Source: a virus
Lineage: Duplodnaviria; Caudoviricetes
DNA length: 64,000 nt
Virus record (IMG/VR): IMGVR_UViG_3300028888_000061
Coordinates: 32,001-96,000 of that record
Reading direction: 5' to 3' (one strand)
The stretch's first letter is position 1, and each line of letters opens with the position of its first letter. Both the position numbers and the translations under genes were made by a program. The notes under the pieces are model-generated. The model saw only the letters and a program-made list of their open reading frames with translations. It had not been told where the DNA came from and did no database searches. Positions 10,290 through 20,517 of the stretch are shown piece after piece.

Positions 10290-10562
10290 CTAAGCGTCTT
10301 TATAAGACGAACAAAATTCTTCAATACACTCCATCAGAATTTCCTCTGAGACTGCTTCAGGTCTTAGTACAAAGATACCTGACCAGTCATCGACCGTACC
10401 GAGTTCATCAGATTCAAAAACCATGAACTCATAAGGTGTTTCGTAAAGGTCACGTCCGCATTGAAGGTCAATAAGGTCTGCAAAATACCAGTGACCATTA
10501 AACTGGAACACACCGCTGATTTGGTTTCTGTGTTCAGAACGAGTTATTCTAACATCAATCAT
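10290..10562 (-). CDS. Hypothetical protein
   Basis: ORF with AGGAG RBS, coupled to the upstream ORF. Confidence 0.7.
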   Translation of the reverse strand: MIDVRITRSEHRNQISGVFQFNGHWYFADLIDLQCGRDLYETPYEFMVFESDELGTVDDWSGIFVLRPEAVSEEILMECIEEFCSSYKDA

Positions 10563-10756
10563 AAACTGCTCCTTCTAGCGTCATGTTGAATCATGCATGT
10601 GTAGTCATATCTCGAATAATTTCCAAGATTCTTTTCCAAGAGATTGCACGCATCGTTCAAAGCCTCACGTTCCTCGAACGAAAGATGACCGTACACTTTA
10701 TCCTTTATCCTGATAAGAGTCTCAATGACTTCGCCAACCATTTTTGTCTGCTCCAT
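10559..10756 (-). CDS. Hypothetical protein
   Basis: AAGGAG RBS, downstream of a box promoter. Confidence 0.7.
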   Translation of the reverse strand: MEQTKMVGEVIETLIRIKDKVYGHLSFEEREALNDACNLLEKNLGNYSRYDYTCMIQHDARRSSL

Positions 10757-10815
10757 GTCCGTTCTCCTTACTTACAGGGTAGCATTTATGCATGTGTGCT
10801 TCACATGACATGGAA

Positions 10816-10856
10816 ACAATACCACAGAAAAGAAAAAGCAAGCAGAACAGCACCAC
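10816..10856 (-). promoter_or_regulatory. Box promoter
   Basis: GTGGTGCTG-N26-TATTGT, spacer ends CTGTGG. Confidence 0.7.
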
Positions 10857-10878
10857 GAAAATGAACATACCTATAAAT

Positions 10879-10969
10879 GGGTCTAATTTGCTCTGTACAC
10901 GATTTTTCGTTTTAGACGTGTACTTACTAGGGTAGGGGCGTAACTTTTTAGTACAGGGCAAATTTAGCT
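10879..10969 (+). repeat. ~92-bp palindromic element, copy D
   Basis: AATTTGCTCTGTAC...AGACGTGTACTTACTAGGGTA...GTACAGGGCAAATT. Confidence 0.85.
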
Positions 10970-10986
10970 GGTATATGAACGAAAAA

Positions 10987-11018
10987 GAAAAGGGAGCATG
11001 AAACCATGCTCCCTTCTC
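10987..11018 (-). terminator. Intrinsic terminator
   Basis: AAGGGAGCATG-AAAC-CATGCTCCCTT with a U-tract on the - strand. Confidence 0.75.
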
Positions 11019-11042
11019 AAAACACACAAAAACGTACCAACG

Positions 11043-11717
11043 TCAATAAGGTCTGTAATCATCGTACTCATCAGGTTCGTTGTTGTAACTCTCATCGACC
11101 CAGAATTTCATAGTAGGTGCGTTTCCATGAAGAAATGCTTCAAAGGCTTTTTCAATTCGTTCTTCTGTAAGGTCTGACCGGTCAATGTGGTCATAAAGCA
11201 TCATAGAAATGCTGATTTCAACATAGCCTGTAAACTCAACATCACCGCCAAGGTTGAAGTCCATGGTCTGCTCCAAGTCATAATCCTCATCACGGAACTG
11301 TATGAGAGTCTGGTCTTGTGCATTGTTGAACTCAACCCATATAGCGAAATACCCATCATCAAAAATGTTTTCAATCAGGTGTTCTCCAGATGGTTCCATC
11401 CACACATCGCTTTCGCCATCACCCAGATACGCACTGCGAATCTCAAAGTCGTTCAGTTGGTCGTGTAAATCAATGACATAATCTGACAGGTCTCCCTTAT
11501 CTCCATTCAAGCTGTCATGCACTTCTTTGAGAAACACATTAAAGTCTTTGTCCTTACGTTCAATACGTACAGACTTGGCGTCGTTAATCTTAATTACAGC
11601 AGACGTAATCTCATTGACGAAATCATGTGATGATTCAAATCGTCGTAATCGTCGATTGGCGTTACGTCTTATGCTGTTATTCTCAGACAAGGTTCTTTTT
11701 GATTTTCGTATAAGCAT
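11043..11717 (-). CDS. Acidic hypothetical protein with basic N-terminal leader ending RRFES
   Basis: AGGAGA RBS before ATG 11717 (MLIRK). Confidence 0.7.
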   Translation of the reverse strand: MLIRKSKRTLSENNSIRRNANRRLRRFESSHDFVNEITSAVIKINDAKSVRIERKDKDFNVFLKEVHDSLNGDKGDLSDYVIDLHDQLNDFEIRSAYLGDGESDVWMEPSGEHLIENIFDDGYFAIWVEFNNAQDQTLIQFRDEDYDLEQTMDFNLGGDVEFTGYVEISISMMLYDHIDRSDLTEERIEKAFEAFLHGNAPTMKFWVDESYNNEPDEYDDYRPY

Positions 11718-11755
11718 GTTATCTCCTAAAACAGGTACACAACTTTGATAAGCTC

Positions 11756-12637
11756 TCACGCCTGAACAAACTCAAGCACAAGTTCATCCTGAGTAGCGTC
11801 TCCGTCTCGAACACTAGCCATACGTAAAGACTTACAGCCAAAAATACCGTCCACTACGTTATAATTCCAAGAACCGTCATCAGCAAACTGCGTGACAACG
11901 ATACGATGGTCTTTGACCGTCTCGAAAGATTGGCAGAAGTCAACAACCTCATCGGAAGCAAAAAACCGAGCCGTCAGTTTGAGCTTGTTATTGTCTTGAA
12001 GACTCATACGTACAGATTTGTTAGACAGGCGAAGGCACTCAACGTCATCAATACGAATCTCATAATGTCTGCGTGACATCACATCAGAATCATAGCTGTA
12101 CTCAACACTGTCGTTGCATTCTTTCCACTGTTCAACAAGGTAAACAACTTTACCGTGTTCTAAACGAAGAATGTTCTGATTGTCTGAACCTCTCCAATGA
12201 AGACCTGGTCGCTTCCTGGACAGAACGAACGGACCGTCAACAAGCACATCAACGCAATCAATAATACGCCGAAGCGATGCATCTCCGTCATCCATTTGTT
12301 TTTTCAGCTCTCCATACGTGTAACCTGTATACAGCCAGATTGTCTTTGAACGTCCGAACTCACCTTTGACGGTTTCAACAATACGCATAACTTCATCACG
12401 ATTGTCAGGATATAAGGGGTCGCCGCCAGACAGTGTAAGTCCTGCACAGAATTCAAGACTTAGTGAATCCATAATATCCTGCATTGTTCCGATGGTAAAC
12501 TGATGTCCGTAACATGGGTCATGCGTTTGAGGATTGTGACATGACGGACACTTATGCGAGCATCCACTTACAAACAGTACTGTGCGAAGACCTTCGCCGT
12601 TCATCATGTCACAGTATTTTATTCCTGCGTAATTCAT
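11756..12637 (-). CDS. nrdG: Anaerobic RNR activase with ~125-aa C-terminal extension
   Basis: NGEGLR..LFVSGC.H.C..CHN radical-SAM motif, SGGDP, DVLVDGPF, WRGSDNQ. Confidence 0.95.
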   Translation of the reverse strand: MNYAGIKYCDMMNGEGLRTVLFVSGCSHKCPSCHNPQTHDPCYGHQFTIGTMQDIMDSLSLEFCAGLTLSGGDPLYPDNRDEVMRIVETVKGEFGRSKTIWLYTGYTYGELKKQMDDGDASLRRIIDCVDVLVDGPFVLSRKRPGLHWRGSDNQNILRLEHGKVVYLVEQWKECNDSVEYSYDSDVMSRRHYEIRIDDVECLRLSNKSVRMSLQDNNKLKLTARFFASDEVVDFCQSFETVKDHRIVVTQFADDGSWNYNVVDGIFGCKSLRMASVRDGDATQDELVLEFVQA

Positions 12638-12694
12638 ATTCTATCTCCGTGAACAGAGCAAGACACAAACCATGTCTTGCTCACAGTTACAAGT

Positions 12695-15379
12695 TTACAT
12701 ACACTTTCTGTCGTCGATTTCAGCACGTTTACCTTCGTTCATTCTGGTGTCGCCGTGCACACGTTCAAGACCAAGGTATCCGCACACCCTTGAAATACGA
12801 ACCAAATCATCGCTTCCACATGACGAACATTTGTCTTCATCCAGGAACTCTGCCCCGCATGTGCAGCAGTAATTCTTGCTGATGTTGCATCCGTAATAAT
12901 ACCCTCGTTTCATGGCCTCTCGGATAAGCGTCACGTATGCTTCTGTGTTATAATCAGACCCGAATCTGTTGTAGATGATGTTGCCACCGTTGCACAAATG
13001 GAAGCATTTGTACTCGGTATCCATCTTCTCTATCGGCGTGATGTCTTCTGAGACGTGAACATGGAATGAATTGGACATATACTTACGGTCTGACACGCCT
13101 TTGATGATTCCGTATTTCTTGCGGAATTGCTCTACCTGCAAGGAACACAGGCTTTCTGCAGGTGTACCGTACACAGCATACAAGATTCCATCCTCTTTTT
13201 TGTATTTTGTAGCATAATCGTTAATGAAACGCAAAATCTCTTCGGCAAATTGAGATTTATCTTCATACAACGATTTACCTTTGTACATCATCGTTGCCTC
13301 ATTGAGTGCTGCGATGCCGAAAGACACGGTGCAAGGCTTTAAGGTGTCGCGCCCAATATCCTCAGTCTCTTTAAGATGACCACCATATCCACCACCCTCA
13401 CAGAAAATCAATGGATTGATTCCTGCTTTCTTGTGAGAGAAATACTCCAATGTTCTGATGTGAATCTTTCGGCAGAGGTCTAGGTAATAAGTCAGCTCGT
13501 CCCAAAAGTCTGTGTGTTCAACTTGTGATTTACGAACAATCATTGGGAAGTTGAGTGAAATTGCACCCATATTCCATCTGCCTTCGTAAACGGGACGGTC
13601 GTCTTCATCAGCAGGCTCAATACCACCACGTTCATACCATGGCGAGAGGTTTGCACGACAGTTGTGTGAGCGAACACCGGAGCAGAAGAAATGTTCCGAT
13701 TCCGTGGTGACATCATAACTCACATCTACCTTGTCAACGATTTCTATGGATGAGATTTCAACGAACTGAACTGATACACTTTCCTTAACCACATCATTCT
13801 GTTCGGTGTAGGAAGGAAGCCCAAAGAAGACCTCAACGACATCACCAGGGACAAGGTCTTTTGTCTGCGTAACATGTGAAACATTAGAGAACCATGTTGT
13901 CCACGGATGGTCGGCTGTGCAGACAAGTTTTTTACCGTCAGTCAGCGTAACACGATACCAACGAGGGTTCTGAGTGTTCTTAATGATTCGTGAACAATTT
14001 ACAAACCCATCTTTGTCAAAAATACGCACCCCATGCAGGTCTATATAGACGCCGGAAGAATACCCCAAAGATTCCTGCGACAGCACTGGAAAACATTTGG
14101 ACAGATGTTCCCACATTTCCTCAATGTAGCACTCGTGAATGTCACCATAAACATCGCGATAAATAACCTGGGAGTTGCCATCGACGCAGCCCATGCGGCT
14201 TATAGTAACGCCATATTTCTTGTAAATTGAAGGTGCATAACCGTCACCGGTCATAGACAGAAAGTCAGGGTACTGTGCTCGCTTGGTACACTCAACGGCT
14301 TCAAGAAACAGCCATTCCTGTTCCTTTCCTGCACCATGTTTATTCTCATCGTACATGAAGGTCAGTTTAGGAAACAGAACAGGGATATGGTCAGCGGTTC
14401 CAGCACCAGTTCGACGTACTTTCAGGAATGCAGACGAAACCATTTGACCAAATCTGTCATCTGACAAACCGAAAGACAATGATGAAAACACGAAGTCACC
14501 ACGGGCTGTAGTAGCACTGTTAAGACGCATCTCACATTCAATCGCACCATCCTCAAGTTCCTTGTTCAGTTTCTTTGTGGCGTACAGAGTGGCACCCATT
14601 TGGTCTTTGCGTCCAAGAATATCTTCATACTCAGCATAGTACCTGTCGTAAGAATTCTTTGCATAAGGTGCAAGCAGTTTGTCGATTTCACTCACGGTAA
14701 ATCCACCATACTGACAAGCACCTGCATTCAGAATAATATCAACCATAAGAGAAATGGCAGTACCTACGGTTTTTGGTTCTCTGTACTGCACATTACCCAT
14801 GCGAAAACCGCCTTTGAAAATCGCTTTGACATCGCAAAGCATACAGTTTGACGTATCCAGTCTTGCGCCTTTGTCATGGATGTAAATGTACCCATCTTCC
14901 TGTGCTTTGTTTTCTTCGTCAGTAAGAAAGAACCTCTTGTAAAGCTCACCATTCAACTCTGCGTATGCAATAGCTTTCTGAGTCGTTACCAATTCAGAAT
15001 CCGCATTTGCGTTCGATGCGTCACGCACACTGTTCAATTCCAATTTTTTCCGATACACCTGATCAAGCATCTTCACGAACTGAGTCTTGTAGTTGCGATA
15101 CTCACGATAAGAGCGTGCGACTTCGGTATTCACTGAATCAAGGGCGCACTCGACATAATTATGCAAAGTCTTCACCTGTACTGGTTCATTCACAGGACAC
15201 ATATTTTCAACGTAAGAGACCACGAAGTCTTCCTGTTCTGTGGTCATCGTAATATTTACACGTTCAGCAGATTTACGTATTGCAGATTTTATTTTATCTC
15301 CGTCAAACGGTACAACGGCATTATTCTTTTTCAGGACTGAAATGCTTGGGCAATCTTTACTCATAGAGTACCTCATCAA
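12695..15379 (-). CDS. nrdD: Class III anaerobic ribonucleotide reductase with ATP cone and intein
   Basis: N-terminal ATP cone, YIHD, MG[intein]CR, TPAES, Zn ribbon, RVCGYL glycyl loop. Confidence 0.95.
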   Translation of the reverse strand: MMRYSMSKDCPSISVLKKNNAVVPFDGDKIKSAIRKSAERVNITMTTEQEDFVVSYVENMCPVNEPVQVKTLHNYVECALDSVNTEVARSYREYRNYKTQFVKMLDQVYRKKLELNSVRDASNANADSELVTTQKAIAYAELNGELYKRFFLTDEENKAQEDGYIYIHDKGARLDTSNCMLCDVKAIFKGGFRMGNVQYREPKTVGTAISLMVDIILNAGACQYGGFTVSEIDKLLAPYAKNSYDRYYAEYEDILGRKDQMGATLYATKKLNKELEDGAIECEMRLNSATTARGDFVFSSLSFGLSDDRFGQMVSSAFLKVRRTGAGTADHIPVLFPKLTFMYDENKHGAGKEQEWLFLEAVECTKRAQYPDFLSMTGDGYAPSIYKKYGVTISRMGCVDGNSQVIYRDVYGDIHECYIEEMWEHLSKCFPVLSQESLGYSSGVYIDLHGVRIFDKDGFVNCSRIIKNTQNPRWYRVTLTDGKKLVCTADHPWTTWFSNVSHVTQTKDLVPGDVVEVFFGLPSYTEQNDVVKESVSVQFVEISSIEIVDKVDVSYDVTTESEHFFCSGVRSHNCRANLSPWYERGGIEPADEDDRPVYEGRWNMGAISLNFPMIVRKSQVEHTDFWDELTYYLDLCRKIHIRTLEYFSHKKAGINPLIFCEGGGYGGHLKETEDIGRDTLKPCTVSFGIAALNEATMMYKGKSLYEDKSQFAEEILRFINDYATKYKKEDGILYAVYGTPAESLCSLQVEQFRKKYGIIKGVSDRKYMSNSFHVHVSEDITPIEKMDTEYKCFHLCNGGNIIYNRFGSDYNTEAYVTLIREAMKRGYYYGCNISKNYCCTCGAEFLDEDKCSSCGSDDLVRISRVCGYLGLERVHGDTRMNEGKRAEIDDRKCM
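13661..14188 (-). mobile_element. Mini-intein (176 aa, no endonuclease) in NrdD
   Basis: CVDGNS...TADHPW...SYDVT...SHN|C. Confidence 0.9.
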
Positions 15380-15472
15380 TGAATGGTTTGTGGTGATACA
15401 TAATGAAAAAGAGCCGTGGGGTTTTTCGGCTCTTTTTCAGAAACAAAACACACAGGTTGTTAAGATGTACGA

Positions 15473-16216
15473 TTAGAGTTCAAGCTCTTCGGGGTAGTCA
15501 AGATCATCGAAAACGACGGGAATCTGCTTCTTAACATAGCTAAGCAGTGGCAGCATAATCATACGCATCTGTGGATGTGCTGCCTTATCACATCGTAGCT
15601 TGAACACGTTGCGCCATTGTCGTAAGTTCGCCGACATAACCATTTCCGTTTTTAAAGCCAGTGGAAGCACGCTTCGTGCGATTTCTGGTGTAGTTGTTTG
15701 CAATAACTCAAAGTAGGTGTCGGAACTTTTTTGCATTGATGCAACCCACATATCGTACTCAACAGTACCATATTTGATTTGTGGTGGACAGATTACACGT
15801 ATCACGCCGCCGTTCTTCTCCAACGAATAATTGACATACCTGGATGACTCAACCGCGAAAGAACTCAACCGATGCCTGACGAGTTCATTCTGAACCGCAC
15901 GGTCAACAACAAATCGAACCGAAAAGGAAAAGTGCTCAAGCATAGATTCATGGCCACGTTTGATGAGCATCCGAACAAAATCATAACATGAATCATCTTT
16001 GGTATTTCGGTAAGACTGATAACAAGTCCTGCCGATTTCTTCAATGTACTTCAAAATATACAGACCATCTAACTGGGTGATGACTTCAAAAGACGGACAG
16101 GTTATAACGACTTTCGGGTAACCCGTACAAATTTCCGTTATAGGTTGTAACTGTTCTTTAGTGTATTCTGGTGCGGACAAATCCATGTCAATCCGGTTGA
16201 ACTTACTGTCTGTCAT
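15473..16216 (-). CDS. thyX: FAD-dependent thymidylate synthase
   Basis: GHESMLEH, ELVRHR.SSF..ESSRY, ARSVLP, LRC..AAHPQMR. Confidence 0.95.
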   Translation of the reverse strand: MTDSKFNRIDMDLSAPEYTKEQLQPITEICTGYPKVVITCPSFEVITQLDGLYILKYIEEIGRTCYQSYRNTKDDSCYDFVRMLIKRGHESMLEHFSFSVRFVVDRAVQNELVRHRLSSFAVESSRYVNYSLEKNGGVIRVICPPQIKYGTVEYDMWVASMQKSSDTYFELLQTTTPEIARSVLPLALKTEMVMSANLRQWRNVFKLRCDKAAHPQMRMIMLPLLSYVKKQIPVVFDDLDYPEELEL

Positions 16217-16475
16217 TTGAACTTCTCCCATCTGTATTCGTTTCGTAGGTTGCATATCCGAGAGCTTTTACTTTTTGGTCGATTAAGTCCGTGACATGTG
16301 ACACACGGTCAACAAGACGGTCGAACTCTTCACGACATTTCGTCTGCTCGATATACCATAGCTGTTTTGTACGTGAGTAATCGAAAACCTGTGCATTCTG
16401 TGCATTGTCGTTTTTCAAGGTCGTGCTCCTGCTTAGAAGTTGTATGCGGCAAAACGTTGATTGTAAAGATAACAC
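16203..16475 (-). CDS. Hypothetical protein (start uncertain)
   Basis: Fills the gap in an operon. Confidence 0.45.
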   Translation of the reverse strand: MLSLQSTFCRIQLLSRSTTLKNDNAQNAQVFDYSRTKQLWYIEQTKCREEFDRLVDRVSHVTDLIDQKVKALGYATYETNTDGRSSNDRQ

Positions 16476-16861
16476 TCACTATTTAGACCACGTGCAATGG
16501 TCTTGAGAGTTTCAAGATGACCACTGTATGCTTCAACGTAATTGTCTATGGTAGCGAGCAGCCGGTCAATGCTTGACTTCATTCTGTACAGCTCATACTG
16601 TGCTTCATTCCCCTGGGCGGCAGCGATATTCATCTGACCCCTAAGACCTGCTGATATTTTACGAAGTTCAAGAACGGAGCGAGAAAAATCCTGCATTTGC
16701 TGCATGACAGACGTGTACAGATTTGAAATTTCATCCGGGGATGTCTTTTCGGTTATAGCGATAATCTCTATCGGTTCTAAAGTGTCAGGCAGAAGCCACC
16801 GACGGATTCCCTCTTCCACCTTTTTTATGAACGTATACTGTGCTGGGTCAAGTGTTGCCAT
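16433..16861 (-). CDS. Helical coiled-coil protein (possibly UvsY-like)
   Basis: GGAGG RBS; 142 aa, helical; follows the helicase. Confidence 0.6.
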   Translation of the reverse strand: MATLDPAQYTFIKKVEEGIRRWLLPDTLEPIEIIAITEKTSPDEISNLYTSVMQQMQDFSRSVLELRKISAGLRGQMNIAAAQGNEAQYELYRMKSSIDRLLATIDNYVEAYSGHLETLKTIARGLNSECYLYNQRFAAYNF

Positions 16862-16881
16862 TGATTACCTCCGATGCATCT

Positions 16882-18426
16882 TTAAATTTTAAACAAGTCT
16901 TCTTCCGACTCAAATATATTGCTCCACTCTAATGAGTTTGCGTTCAAATCATCAGAAGGTGTCTCCTGTGACTTTTTCTTTGAGCGAACCTCACGCCTGA
17001 AATCTTCATTTGACACGGTTATGGTGTCTCCGAAGACTCCATACTGTAATTGTGTTGTCGCAGTCACGCCATCTTCACAGGTATCACCGTTACGGTTTTT
17101 CAGCAGTTGAATCAATGCAGTGTCTGAACTTGCATTTCTGAAAATCGACAGGACATATCCAGAAGAACGGTCAAGCTCATTTGCTTCCGCAAGAGCCGTC
17201 ATGGTGTACTTACCTTGAATGTTCTTGCTGTCAGTATCCATGCTTTTTAGGGCTGCTTCATACCCTTTTCGGTTAATCTGGCTAAGCAGGATTACGCCTA
17301 TTTTCTGAGGCTTGCCTTCCTTTATTCTGAATGTAGTTGCGAGCTTTCTGAAAAATGCAACGTAGTTGTTCAATTTTCCATACTCATCCTTGGACGATGG
17401 ATTGCGTCCATGACCGTTGTAAAACTTTAAGAATGTAATATGGTCGATGATGAGCAAATCAATCGGATGTTTGTCGTCTATACGATACAGAAGCTGTCGT
17501 ACAGACTCTTCTTCCATATCAGTCTCCGCAATGTCAGATTCGTCAAGTAACGTTAGATTTGGCTGAATTTTCTGTTTCCACGATTCGTCAAGGATATCAA
17601 GATTTTTACGTTGTTCTGGAGTAAGGTCGTCAGAAAGAATATCCTGAAAAGGTATTGCATTACGTGTACCGATAGGGCTTTCGTTTATGAAAGAGTACAC
17701 AGACATCAGCTTCGCCCACATCTGGTCAGACGCTACTTCAAACGACATATAAACGACATGCAGACCTTCAAGTGCATTGTGTAATGCGGCGTTCAATGCC
17801 CATGTGGTCTTACAACCTCCTGCGTAAGCGGCAATCGTCGTTATGTAACCTTTATGGAAACCTCTGGTTAGACGGTCAACGGGATCGACATACAGCCGGT
17901 AGAACCCCTCTTTGGCATTTTCCTGAACTTCCTTTTTATAATCTCTGTCTTTAGAAGCATGACCCTTGTGTGTTTCCTCATACATATCTTGTACAAGGGT
18001 TAGTGTTTCCGTAGTGATACCGTTAAGACGCACATCACTTGCGACAGAGAACAGCTTTCGTGCAAAATTTGAATGCTGCGTAAAACGCTCTATTCTTGAA
18101 ATATCTTCTTCAAGTTCCTTAGGAAGTCTACCTTGAAGTGGAGTAATGCCTTTGTAATCAGGATACTTTGAAGCGAAAGACGCCGCAGATGGAAACGTGT
18201 CCATCTGCTCAAAAGATGCTTTCAGAAAGCAGAGGATATCATAAGCGTTGTAAGCAATTTCAGAGTTCAGGGTGTCCTGAAAGTCTTCTCTGCAAAGTCG
18301 TTTAACCTGTAAAAAGAGCTGTTCAGATTTCTCTCCGAAACATGAACGTAAGACATTCAGGAAGCACGTTTTAACTTCGGTCTGAATGTCTTGTAATGCT
18401 TCCTTGCTTGATTGAGTCTCATGCAT
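16882..18426 (-). CDS. dnaB: Replicative helicase, DnaB/SF4 family
   Basis: AAYAGGCKTT, SFE, LIIDHI, LSQINR, KNRNG motifs. Confidence 0.9.
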   Translation of the reverse strand: MHETQSSKEALQDIQTEVKTCFLNVLRSCFGEKSEQLFLQVKRLCREDFQDTLNSEIAYNAYDILCFLKASFEQMDTFPSAASFASKYPDYKGITPLQGRLPKELEEDISRIERFTQHSNFARKLFSVASDVRLNGITTETLTLVQDMYEETHKGHASKDRDYKKEVQENAKEGFYRLYVDPVDRLTRGFHKGYITTIAAYAGGCKTTWALNAALHNALEGLHVVYMSFEVASDQMWAKLMSVYSFINESPIGTRNAIPFQDILSDDLTPEQRKNLDILDESWKQKIQPNLTLLDESDIAETDMEEESVRQLLYRIDDKHPIDLLIIDHITFLKFYNGHGRNPSSKDEYGKLNNYVAFFRKLATTFRIKEGKPQKIGVILLSQINRKGYEAALKSMDTDSKNIQGKYTMTALAEANELDRSSGYVLSIFRNASSDTALIQLLKNRNGDTCEDGVTATTQLQYGVFGDTITVSNEDFRREVRSKKKSQETPSDDLNANSLEWSNIFESEEDLFKI

Positions 18427-18471
18427 TTCAACAACCTGTCTGTTTAAGTTTCATAAGGTCAGTATCCACGT

Positions 18472-18513
18472 ACTATACACTGTGACGTTATGCGTGTAAC
18501 GTCACAGCACCAT
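18472..18513 (-). promoter_or_regulatory. Box promoter overlapping a hairpin
   Basis: ATGGTGCTG-N27-TATAGT; spacer holds the palindrome CTGTGACGTTA/TAACGTCACAG. Confidence 0.6.
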
Positions 18514-18525
18514 CACAAACAGGCA

Positions 18526-19593
18526 TCAGACATCCTTAGGTAAATGCTCGCAAGTACGACATCCAAAACGAAACCATGAAACCATATATCCAAGACACTT
18601 ACCGACATTCTTCATCAACGAATCACTTGTTTTCCATTCCGACCACGCAGCCTTGAGTTCAGTACTCAGCTCTTCAAAGGTGCATAGGTCACTTTCACCT
18701 CTTATTACCGTATTTTGTTGTACGTACTGAAGAAACTCAAAAACCTTCCCAGAACACTTGTCCCAGTCAATCGTGCTGTTCAATGCATCAGACCAGTTGG
18801 CTTTACTGTCAGGAGACAGCTGCTTTCGGTAATTCGTTAGCACATCGAAACGCTCATTGTGCGTGATAGACTCATATTTACCTTTTACGAAATTCGATGT
18901 AAAAGTGAGGTCAAACGGGAAAGAAGGTCGGCAAAGATATCCGGTAAGACTCTGTGGAACTGAAGAAGAAACAGGCATTTTCAGAGTAAAACATCTTGAC
19001 CAGTTATCATCATTGTCAGGGTCATCGACTGAAAAATCCATCTCGAATTTGTCATCAGAACAGTTGTAATACGTAACGTTGACATCGGACGGAACGAATT
19101 TAAGTGCATTCTCATCGTCTTTTGGTGCAAACAATCCCGTAATATACGGCAATGGTGTGTACTGCTCATAGTTTGACTGCAAGTCAGTGAAATCCTCACC
19201 CATAGGCGACAAGTCTTTATTGAACATGGGGAGAACGTCAACAGCTTCAACAGAATTTGCCGGAATGTAAAAAATGAAATGATTGATGTTAAACAGAATG
19301 CTTTCAATCACGACACTCTGTATAGAATCTGCGTAAGTGCCGATATTGTCATTGAGATAGTCTTTCAGAAGAAGCCCGGTCAAACCAATGACAGGTAGAA
19401 TTTTCTTACGAACGATGCTACCCGGTATGATGAATCCGTCACATGTCCCATCATGGATTTTTTCGACCAGCGTTACTTCAAGCGCTTCATTGACGAATGA
19501 AATCTTTTTTATGCCGCTGCGTAAAAACCCGAAAGGGATAGGTAATGACCTTTTGACAAATTCCATGTTGCTTTTAAGCGAGAACCCCTGCAT
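18526..19593 (-). CDS. Hypothetical protein
   Basis: 355-aa ORF with GGAG RBS. Confidence 0.75.
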   Translation of the reverse strand: MQGFSLKSNMEFVKRSLPIPFGFLRSGIKKISFVNEALEVTLVEKIHDGTCDGFIIPGSIVRKKILPVIGLTGLLLKDYLNDNIGTYADSIQSVVIESILFNINHFIFYIPANSVEAVDVLPMFNKDLSPMGEDFTDLQSNYEQYTPLPYITGLFAPKDDENALKFVPSDVNVTYYNCSDDKFEMDFSVDDPDNDDNWSRCFTLKMPVSSSVPQSLTGYLCRPSFPFDLTFTSNFVKGKYESITHNERFDVLTNYRKQLSPDSKANWSDALNSTIDWDKCSGKVFEFLQYVQQNTVIRGESDLCTFEELSTELKAAWSEWKTSDSLMKNVGKCLGYMVSWFRFGCRTCEHLPKDV

Positions 19594-19614
19594 TTCAAAC
19601 TCCTGTGTTCTGTG

Positions 19615-20481
19615 TTAAAAAATTGTGGATGTCTTTGACTTTCGCTCAGGAACCTCAGATTCCTGCGGTTTGTAATCCTCAAGTTCAATCCGAGACGAGG
19701 TGTCTTTTTTGGTACGTCCTTTAGATTTCGTGTTCCCAGATTTACGTGACGGTTTCTTCGTTGTTGTATCAGAACGTAAATGAATCTCAGAACACTCACT
19801 ACATTCTTTTGACGCAACAGAAACGGATTTCTCTGTAAACGACCTTTGACCTTCTTCTATATGACGTGCCGAGTTACTGTTTTCAGAAGCATGTTCGTTC
19901 CAGTCAATGATATAAGAATCTCGGTTTAGTTCAAAAGACGAAACCTCACCATAAAGACGTGCAAAGTCATTCCGTGTACCCTCAAACAAGAAAATCGTTC
20001 GTTGCTTTTTAACAACCATTCTTCTGCGAACAAACGAATTGATTATCTCTGTCAGATAACTATTGCGTTTCGCAACGCCTAACATAACAACACACAAACA
20101 CTCTGACGGAAACCAGAAGTCTCCGGACGAAAACGAATGGTCAAGTATTTGTGCATCATCGACATAAGAGAATCCATCCATAGCCGGAGGGAAGCAATCA
20201 CCTTCATTGTCCGTGTACATCATAAGAAGAGCATAAATAAGTCCTCTCAGTACCGGCTTCTTATAGAGCCATACCGTAACCGTGTCCCTTGAAAGCATGG
20301 ATAAAAACCGCTCTCTCTCAATGACAAGCATTCGATTCAGTTCGTCATGTGTAGGTCTGTTGTGTTCAGGGATACCACCCATACTTTGAAGAGCGGTCTT
20401 TCGGAACTTTATCCATGTAACTTGGTCGATTTTTTCAAGAACATCCCGATTGGATTCCGTTGACTTTGTGCTTTTTGCCAT
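19615..20481 (-). CDS. Hypothetical protein, possibly degenerate DnaC-like loader
   Basis: IINSFVRRR...RTIF resembles the DnaC/IstB C-terminal part; no Walker A seen. Confidence 0.5.
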   Translation of the reverse strand: MAKSTKSTESNRDVLEKIDQVTWIKFRKTALQSMGGIPEHNRPTHDELNRMLVIERERFLSMLSRDTVTVWLYKKPVLRGLIYALLMMYTDNEGDCFPPAMDGFSYVDDAQILDHSFSSGDFWFPSECLCVVMLGVAKRNSYLTEIINSFVRRRMVVKKQRTIFLFEGTRNDFARLYGEVSSFELNRDSYIIDWNEHASENSNSARHIEEGQRSFTEKSVSVASKECSECSEIHLRSDTTTKKPSRKSGNTKSKGRTKKDTSSRIELEDYKPQESEVPERKSKTSTIF

Positions 20482-20517
20482 AACGCCCCACCAAACAAAA
20501 AGAAAAACGCAAGTAGG

